From the NCBI GenBank assembly GCA_005791465.1, contig SXWI01000046.1, positions 1 to 55,338 of the forward strand: a DNA stretch of 55,338 nt, given 5' to 3'. This stretch comes from Bacteroidota bacterium (GTDB lineage: Bacteria > Bacteroidota > Bacteroidia > Chitinophagales > Chitinophagaceae). Below the pieces are notes generated by a model that saw nothing but the letters and a program-made list of their open reading frames with translations, made no database searches and had not been told where the DNA came from. Below, piece after piece: positions 49,144 through 55,338 of this stretch (its first letter is position 1; every line of letters starts with the position of its first letter). The position numbers were made by a program, and so were the translations under genes.

Positions 49144-49611
49144 ATGTCCGAACCTGTGTTAATTTATACGGATGGTTCTTCCAGAGGTAATCCTGGCCCA
49201 GGAGGGTATGGAATAATTTTAAAATATGGTGGGCATGAACGCGAACTTTCAAAAGGGTTTAGACACACCACCAACAACCGAATGGAGTTACTGGCGGTTA
49301 TTGAAGGACTAAAAGCCCTCAGAAAAAAAGGGATTTCCGTGATTGTCTACTCAGACAGTCAGTATGTAGTAAAGGCTATCAAGGAAGGTTGGCTAAAAAA
49401 ATGGATAGCAAACAACTTTAAAGGAGGCAAGAAGAACCCGGATTTATGGAAAGAACTCTACTCCTTACTTCAGGAAAATGAGATAAACTTCCGTTGGATT
49501 AAAGGACACGCAGACAATCCATTCAATAATAGATGCGATCAATTAGCTACTAACGCAGCAATCAATAATGGTCATGAAATTGATCAATATTATGAGAAGA
49601 ATCAACCCTAA
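49144..49611 (+). CDS. rnhA: Ribonuclease HI
   Basis: YTDGSSRGNPGPGG, TTNNRMEL, DSQY, KNPDLW, WIKGH, NNRCD. Confidence 0.96.
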   Translation: MSEPVLIYTDGSSRGNPGPGGYGIILKYGGHERELSKGFRHTTNNRMELLAVIEGLKALRKKGISVIVYSDSQYVVKAIKEGWLKKWIANNFKGGKKNPDLWKELYSLLQENEINFRWIKGHADNPFNNRCDQLATNAAINNGHEIDQYYEKNQP

Positions 49612-49627
49612 CTAAAACAGCCCAGGA

Positions 49628-50197
49628 TCAACTAAGCCGAAGTTCGAGTTTCCGAAGGGATAGGTAGTTAAAAAATACAAGTGTTGCTGGCAAAAAGATA
49701 AAAGTAGCTATCAGCGAATTTTTATAAAAGGGTAAGCCAGCGATTAAACAAGTAAAAAGGCCGGTTGCATCTTTTGTATAAACTACTTCCGCAGCTTGCA
49801 ACCAAACAAGTCCATTGGATAAGAAAAAGAAGACAGTAGGTGCAAAAACAGCAGCTAATCCAATATTGCGGTAAGAAGCTGCTTTGAAAACAAATCCCAT
49901 ATATGTGCAGCTCAACAATAACAGATAATTTTTCCATTGTCCTGCATAGATACCCTGATAATCAAAAAGGTCATTTATATAAAGCAGCTGTATTGAAATA
50001 TCGCTGACCAATAATGCAACGATTGAAAAGAAAAACACCCACTCACTACGTCTGAATACAAACCCGGAGAAAAGTGCAATTGCCAATACCGGAGAAAAGC
50101 CAGAAAGGGCGATCTCGGGACCAAAAAAGTATTTGCAAAGGGTTGTGATTAGCGCAAGTACCAAGGTGAACATGGCAGTTTTAAGAGAAAAAGACAT
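49628..50197 (-). CDS. DUF6580-like putative transporter membrane protein
   Basis: FSPVLAIALFSG, SD, FFFLSNGLVW, Y....GL..C..AGLPF; ATG at 50197. Confidence 0.7.
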   Translation of the reverse strand: MSFSLKTAMFTLVLALITTLCKYFFGPEIALSGFSPVLAIALFSGFVFRRSEWVFFFSIVALLVSDISIQLLYINDLFDYQGIYAGQWKNYLLLLSCTYMGFVFKAASYRNIGLAAVFAPTVFFFLSNGLVWLQAAEVVYTKDATGLFTCLIAGLPFYKNSLIATFIFLPATLVFFNYLSLRKLELRLS

Positions 50198-50259
50198 ATG
50201 CAAAATTATTTTTTGGGTTTGAACAAAATTAACTGAATTGGAGCAATTGAACAGACAAC

Positions 50260-51435
50260 TTATTCACTACTGTGGATAGCAGAGGAAGCTAAATACAGTA
50301 CCGTATCCTCCTTAGATTGTAAATGAAGAACCCCCTTCCCCTCCCAGTACGCCGAAAGCTTACCTTGTTTAAGTGTTATAGACGAAGTGCCTACAACTAA
50401 CTCTACAGAACCCTGGAGCAACAAGAAAATAATGGGCCCCTCTCCATTTATTTGGTAGGACTTGTTCTCTCTTAAAAAAAGCTGTCCTAGCTTAAAGTCA
50501 TCCACTGGCGTAGAAAACCACTTAGGCTTTTCCTGTGTGATTAGAGGACTAAATATTACTGGCGAAATACCCTCACAACGCGTGTGCTTTAGAAGTGCCG
50601 CTACATCTATGTGTTTCCCCGTCAATCCTCCTCTCAACACATTGTCAGAATTTGCCATGATCTCCACATTTTGTCCCTCCAGGTAGGCATGTGGAATACC
50701 AGCATCCTGAAATATAGCCTCCCCCTTATTGAGCGATACAAGGTTGAATAAATAAATGGAAAATATTCCGCGATCCATATGGCCACCTTTGGAATAAATG
50801 TGAGCTGCTCTTAAAGCCCAAAATGCTGGATTATTTTTTGGAAAAGGGGTTTGCACTGCTTCTTTTTTCAACCGTAACATTAAAGGACATAGCATTGCAT
50901 CCACTTGCTCCTGCGACATTTCCATCACAAACTTGTACAATTCCTGATTGCCCCCTTTTTCCCACACAGAAATCAGAGGGATGAATTCAGGTGTATTTGC
51001 TAAAACATCTCGAATTAGTTCGGGATGTTTGAACCCATGCAATAGCCAAAAGGGTCCCAGAGCCACCATCAATTCTGGTTTGTGATTCTGGTCTTTGTAA
51101 TTTCGGTAGGGAGCATCAATGGCAATACCGGCCTCATTCTCCAATGCAAATTCTCGAATAGCCGCTTCTCGAGTAGGATGAACCTGTATAGAGAGCATTT
51201 CCTTTACATCTAAGACTTTCAAAAGAAATGATAAAGCAACTCCCTTCTCAGAAAGAGGACGGCTCGTCCCATTGCCATCAACCAGACTGGACATTCCCTG
51301 TGGGTGCGTTCCCATCCAATATTCAGCAAATGGCTTTTTAGTAGTATTATCCACTCCCAACAATTGAGGAAGAAAAGAATCACCTCCCCAATCATAGTTT
51401 TTTACAACTCCTTCCAGAAAATAGATAGCACTCAT
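50260..51435 (-). CDS. manA: Mannose-6-phosphate isomerase class I
   Basis: YDWG, AEYWMGTHP, LSIQVHP, YKDQNHKPE, HAYLEG, EIMANSDNVLRGGLT; ATG at 51435. Confidence 0.93.
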   Translation of the reverse strand: MSAIYFLEGVVKNYDWGGDSFLPQLLGVDNTTKKPFAEYWMGTHPQGMSSLVDGNGTSRPLSEKGVALSFLLKVLDVKEMLSIQVHPTREAAIREFALENEAGIAIDAPYRNYKDQNHKPELMVALGPFWLLHGFKHPELIRDVLANTPEFIPLISVWEKGGNQELYKFVMEMSQEQVDAMLCPLMLRLKKEAVQTPFPKNNPAFWALRAAHIYSKGGHMDRGIFSIYLFNLVSLNKGEAIFQDAGIPHAYLEGQNVEIMANSDNVLRGGLTGKHIDVAALLKHTRCEGISPVIFSPLITQEKPKWFSTPVDDFKLGQLFLRENKSYQINGEGPIIFLLLQGSVELVVGTSSITLKQGKLSAYWEGKGVLHLQSKEDTVLYLASSAIHSSE

Positions 51436-51471
51436 AGAACTTGAATCATATACTTGGTGTAAAGATAAAGG

Positions 51472-51822
51472 ATGGCAAAACACATTAAATTAGGAATCGA
51501 GGGGGAATGTATAGCTGCTGATTGGCTTCAAAAGATGGGGTATCAATTAATTGATAGAAACTGGCGTTATAGCCACCTTGAAATTGATATCGTTGCCATG
51601 CAAAAACAAACACTGCATTTTATAGAAGTCAAAACAAGATCCAGCAATGCCTTTGGTGGTCCAGAGTTAGGAGTAAACAGAAGGAAAATGATACGATTAA
51701 AGCGGGCTGCCCACTACTATTTAGATATAAATCCTGGCCATACATGGATACAATTTGACATCGTTGCCATCACATTTAAAGAGGGGGAACCACCACTAAT
51801 TGAGCTATTCGAAGATGTTTAA
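51472..51822 (+). CDS. YraN family putative endonuclease
   Basis: GIEGE, RNWR..HLEIDIVA, FIEVKTR, FDIV. Confidence 0.9.
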   Translation: MAKHIKLGIEGECIAADWLQKMGYQLIDRNWRYSHLEIDIVAMQKQTLHFIEVKTRSSNAFGGPELGVNRRKMIRLKRAAHYYLDINPGHTWIQFDIVAITFKEGEPPLIELFEDV

Positions 51823-52331
51823 GCTTGAACCTCCCTCATCATCTTAGTTACTAACGCGTGTGTAGCTGGGCAACTTTCAACATTCTGATGATGGATATGG
51901 GCAAAATCAACGAACTTTTTCTGCAGATGTGGAAACCCGGCACAATCAGCAGGACGAATAGCATATATACTGCATTTATTGTCCTTTTTATTCAGAAACT
52001 GACAGGGGGTACTCCTATTGACCCAATCCTTATCTCCACCCCTCTCCTTTTTCAACCACTTTTTCTGAAATTCCGTAACAGTCATTCCAAAATGTTTTGA
52101 AATTCTTTTCAGATCACGGGGAGTATAGGTAGGTGTCATTGTCTTACAGCAGTTCGCACAGGTCAAGCAATCAACCTCTTTCCAAACCGCCTTCTCCCAA
52201 GCAGCAAGTCTGCTTTCGATTCCACGGGGCTTATTTTTTTCCAGACGTGTTAAATAGAGACGATAAGCACGGCGATCTCTTTTAGCACGAGACAAAAAAG
52301 AACGTAGAGAAAATTCCTTTACATTTTTCAT
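51819..52331 (-). CDS. YkgJ family cysteine-cluster protein
   Basis: CLTCANCC, PCQFL, CSIYAIRPADCAGFP. Confidence 0.88.
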   Translation of the reverse strand: MKNVKEFSLRSFLSRAKRDRRAYRLYLTRLEKNKPRGIESRLAAWEKAVWKEVDCLTCANCCKTMTPTYTPRDLKRISKHFGMTVTEFQKKWLKKERGGDKDWVNRSTPCQFLNKKDNKCSIYAIRPADCAGFPHLQKKFVDFAHIHHQNVESCPATHALVTKMMREVQA

Positions 52332-52382
52332 AGTGCGCTAAGATAGTTATTCAAAGGGATTAAATTTGTCAAAACACCCCCC

Positions 52383-53039
52383 ATGCGTACCCTGTTTATT
52401 TTAATCACTGCTGCCATAATTTCTGCAAGCCTCCAATCTTGCAGCTGGTTTTCCTCTGCTCCGCCTTCATTTTGCGACACCAGCTGTATCAATGAAAACA
52501 TACGGTTTACGGGAACCAATGAAAACAACCCCTATGTAGAGATAAGCATAGCAAATTGTTTACCCGATACTTTAAGTTGGAGTTATGATGGACTAGGTAC
52601 CAAGAGAAAAATTGGTTTTGCTTACCTGATCGGAAGAACTGTAAAAATTAATAAATCTTTTGTCAAAGTACAATTCAAAGAAAATCAATACGCTTGGATT
52701 TTATTCAATGACTGTATAACAGGGCGCGGCTTTCAAATTAAACTGCCTTACGATAAGGAAACTCCCTTTAGCCTGAAAAGCAGCGGACTTAATCCGTTAG
52801 ATCCAAAGTTTTCAATCGAGGACGGACTTATTGTCAACACAGACAGGGGCAATCTCTTTGTTGAGGACGCAATCGATGGTAAAAAAGCGATGATGACGTT
52901 TGGAGAAAAACTAGACATTGATTACGATGCTATTCACGATCACATAGACAGTGTGGCTGTTACCCGAAACAAGGTATGGGCTAGAATTCGAATAGGAAAT
53001 GAATGGGTTATTAAAGAGAAAATAATTGTCCTAGAATAG
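52383..53039 (+). CDS. Hypothetical lipoprotein
   Basis: Lipobox LQSC; preceded by TAAATTTG at 52361-52368. Confidence 0.7.
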   Translation: MRTLFILITAAIISASLQSCSWFSSAPPSFCDTSCINENIRFTGTNENNPYVEISIANCLPDTLSWSYDGLGTKRKIGFAYLIGRTVKINKSFVKVQFKENQYAWILFNDCITGRGFQIKLPYDKETPFSLKSSGLNPLDPKFSIEDGLIVNTDRGNLFVEDAIDGKKAMMTFGEKLDIDYDAIHDHIDSVAVTRNKVWARIRIGNEWVIKEKIIVLE

Positions 53040-53044
53040 CCCCC

Positions 53045-53953
53045 ATGTGGCAGGTATACCAAAAGGGATTCAAAGCCTGGCTGCAATTAGAAAAATCACT
53101 TGCAGAAAATTCCATAGAAGCGTATCTGAGGGATCTGACACTGTTTTGTCGTTTCCTAGATAGCTCAAAGCTGGCCGACTCCCCTGCTGGAGTACAAACG
53201 GAACACTTAAGAGTATTCCTGAAGTGGATTCATGAGCATGGATTTTCAGCGGGTTCACAAGCAAGAATTTTATCAGGCATAAAATCATTTTATCGCTACT
53301 GTTTACTGGAGCAAATCTGTACAGAAGACCCTACCTCTTTATTGGAAGCACCCAAGAAAAAAAGAGTGCTTCCGGACACACTAAGTTTTGAAGAGATTGA
53401 AAAACTTATTGCGCAACTAGATCTGAGCAAACCAGAAAGTACACGTAACAAGGCCATGCTGGAAACTCTTTACAGCTGCGGACTTCGCGTAAGCGAATTG
53501 GTCAACTTACAGCTTTCAAAGCTATACCTGGACCTTGGTTTTATCCGAGTGCGCGGTAAGGGAGATAAAGAAAGACTGGTACCCATTGGGGATAGCGCAT
53601 CACGATACATTCAACTTTACAGACAAACCACTCGACAACAAATAACACCTCAAAAAGGCAAAGAAGACTTCCTATTCCTTAATAAGAGAGGTGGATCAAT
53701 CTCCCGGGTAATGGTTTTTTACATTATAAGAGACCTGGCTCGTTCTGCAGGGATTCAAAAAACCGTTTCTCCGCATACCTTCAGACATTCCTTTGCAACG
53801 CATTTGATAGAGGGCGGGGCCGATTTGAGAGCGGTACAAGAAATGCTGGGGCATTCCAGTATCACCACTACAGAGATTTACACCCACTTGGACCGTGATT
53901 TTTTAAGAAAGACCTTACTCGAGTTCCATCCAGGCTTTATGGGAAATCGCTAA
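53045..53953 (+). CDS. xerD: Site-specific tyrosine recombinase XerD
   Basis: SIEAYLRDL, LYSCGLRVSEL, GKGDKERLVP, SPHTFRHSFATHL, LGH, TTEIYTH. Confidence 0.9.
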   Translation: MWQVYQKGFKAWLQLEKSLAENSIEAYLRDLTLFCRFLDSSKLADSPAGVQTEHLRVFLKWIHEHGFSAGSQARILSGIKSFYRYCLLEQICTEDPTSLLEAPKKKRVLPDTLSFEEIEKLIAQLDLSKPESTRNKAMLETLYSCGLRVSELVNLQLSKLYLDLGFIRVRGKGDKERLVPIGDSASRYIQLYRQTTRQQITPQKGKEDFLFLNKRGGSISRVMVFYIIRDLARSAGIQKTVSPHTFRHSFATHLIEGGADLRAVQEMLGHSSITTTEIYTHLDRDFLRKTLLEFHPGFMGNR

Positions 53954-54005
53954 TCAGCGCTTTCCTTCGATTATGCTATTTTTGTATTTCAAATAAGAAA
54001 TTACT

Positions 54006-54836
54006 ATGAAAAAATTTATGATGACAGTAGTCTTGATTGGAAGCCTGTTGACCAGTCAAGCACAACTGCGTACTCCCGCCCCAAGCCCTTTGCAAACCAT
54101 CAAGCAAGATTTTGGCCTTGGGAATATTGAAATCTCCTACTCTAGACCCGCTATGAAAGGACGTAAAATCTTTGGAGATCTGGTGCCCTACGGTAATGTA
54201 TGGAGAACAGGAGCTAATAGCGCTACCACATTACAGTTCAGCGACGAAGTAACCATTGGAGGCGTGAAGCTGGCTCCTGGCAAATACGGACTCCTCAGCA
54301 TTCCTAACAAGGACAGCTGGACATTGATTATCTCCAAACAAACAGATGTGACCAGTCCTGCGGCCTATAAACAAGATATGGATGTGGTACGAGTAAACGC
54401 CCCTGTTACAAAAGCTAAAGGGCAAACAGAAAATTTCATGATCCAAGTTGATAATATTAAATCAACGCAATGCCAAATAGAACTAAGCTGGGATCAAACT
54501 AAAGTTGCATTCACAGTAGAAACTGATGTTGATACTCGGATTATGCAACAGATCACTACAGCTATGCAAGGCGAAAAGCCTCCATATTTTAATGCTGCAA
54601 TGTATTTCATGGATAACGGCAAAGATTTGAATCAGGCGCTTAGTTGGTTTGAAAAAGCCGCTGCTGCTACGCCTACAGCCTATTGGGTACAACACCAATT
54701 AGCTAATTGTCTTGCAAAACTTGGAAAAAAAGCCGAAGCAAAGGCCGCTGCACAAAAATCTAGAGAACTGGCTCTAGCTGCAAAGAATATGGATTATGTG
54801 AAATTGAATGATAAATTGTTGGCAGAGTTAAAGTAA
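54006..54836 (+). CDS. DUF2911 secreted protein with C-terminal TPR
   Basis: PSP, YSRP..KGRKIFG.LVPYGNVWRTGAN. Confidence 0.88.
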   Translation: MKKFMMTVVLIGSLLTSQAQLRTPAPSPLQTIKQDFGLGNIEISYSRPAMKGRKIFGDLVPYGNVWRTGANSATTLQFSDEVTIGGVKLAPGKYGLLSIPNKDSWTLIISKQTDVTSPAAYKQDMDVVRVNAPVTKAKGQTENFMIQVDNIKSTQCQIELSWDQTKVAFTVETDVDTRIMQQITTAMQGEKPPYFNAAMYFMDNGKDLNQALSWFEKAAAATPTAYWVQHQLANCLAKLGKKAEAKAAAQKSRELALAAKNMDYVKLNDKLLAELK

Positions 54837-54855
54837 AAACAACCATCGATCGTAG

Positions 54856-54884
54856 AACCGCGTTGGCAACAGCGCGGTTTTTTT
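54856..54884. terminator. Terminator between convergent genes
   Basis: AACCGCGTTG-GCAA-CAGCGCGGTT followed by a T run. Confidence 0.75.
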
Positions 54885-55338
54885 ATTTTCTGATGTTTCT
54901 CCAAATCAATCCTACGCCCTGCCCTGCTAATGCAAAGAACAATACTGCAAAAACCCCCAATGGGTTAAGCCAAAGAAATCCAAGCTTAATGATACCCGTC
55001 TTGCTGAAATAAAAAACAAGGATGACCAACGCTTCCGCCAATACAGCTGCCCAAAAAACTAAGGTCCCATTTTTAATCATTGGGAGAAATAAGGCTACTG
55101 CAAATATTCCCAACACTACTCCATAAAAAAGTGAGCCCAAAACATTTACAGCCTCAATTAAGCTATTTCCTATGTTGTAGGTAAAGAGCGCAACAATAAT
55201 ACAGAAAATTCCCCAGGCAAGCGTGTACCAGCGTGACCATCGGTACTCCGATTCGTCAGAAATTGATTGTTTGCTGAATCGTCGATGAAAATCAACCATG
55301 GTAGCTGCAGCTAGCGAATTAATGGCAGCCGCAATACT
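54883..55338 (-). CDS. Partial (C-terminal part) sodium:solute symporter
   Basis: Open to the right edge: SIAAAINSLAAATMVDFHRRF...SLIEAVNVLGSLFYG. Confidence 0.8.
   Translation of the reverse strand, partial: SIAAAINSLAAATMVDFHRRFSKQSISDESEYRWSRWYTLAWGIFCIIVALFTYNIGNSLIEAVNVLGSLFYGVVLGIFAVALFLPMIKNGTLVFWAAVLAEALVILVFYFSKTGIIKLGFLWLNPLGVFAVLFFALAGQGVGLIWRNIRK

Noticed and set aside
53045-53953. Tyrosine recombinase as the islet or integron integrase
   Set aside because: Typical housekeeping XerD length and motifs, no evident IntI-specific insertion, about 19 kb away among core genes

Overview
Gene-dense chromosomal window from a Bacteroidota genome, probably Chitinophagaceae-like. The assignment is inferred from the TAnnTTTG -7 promoter boxes, the miaB-bEBP-lptE-secG and yceD-rpmF-plsX gene order, and DUF2723/DUF3810/DUF2911-type genes. 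Most of the window is housekeeping (pcm, pgm, miaB, secG, mltG, trmH, nagA, lepA, mazG, dcd, rpmF, plsX, rnhA, manA, xerD), with five tRNA genes. Two things stand out. (1) Two tRNA genes have anticodons that do not match their bodies: a tRNA-Pro(GGG)-type body reads GUG (His) at 22900-22973, and a tRNA-Leu(GAG)-type body reads GCG (Arg) at 33690-33773. Both differ at position 35, while conserved LepA residues show the standard code. (2) The 3' end of the anomalous tRNA-Leu anchors an integrase-free islet (about 31960-33700). There a single repeat-protein gene is flanked by two ~220-bp modules, each made of five hairpins in the same order, with covarying stems and cGAAg triloops, interleaved with displaced copies of the tRNA 3' end. 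This is a candidate tRNA-anchored, hairpin-guided gene-cassette system. Product calls come from motif recognition only; no database searches were run.
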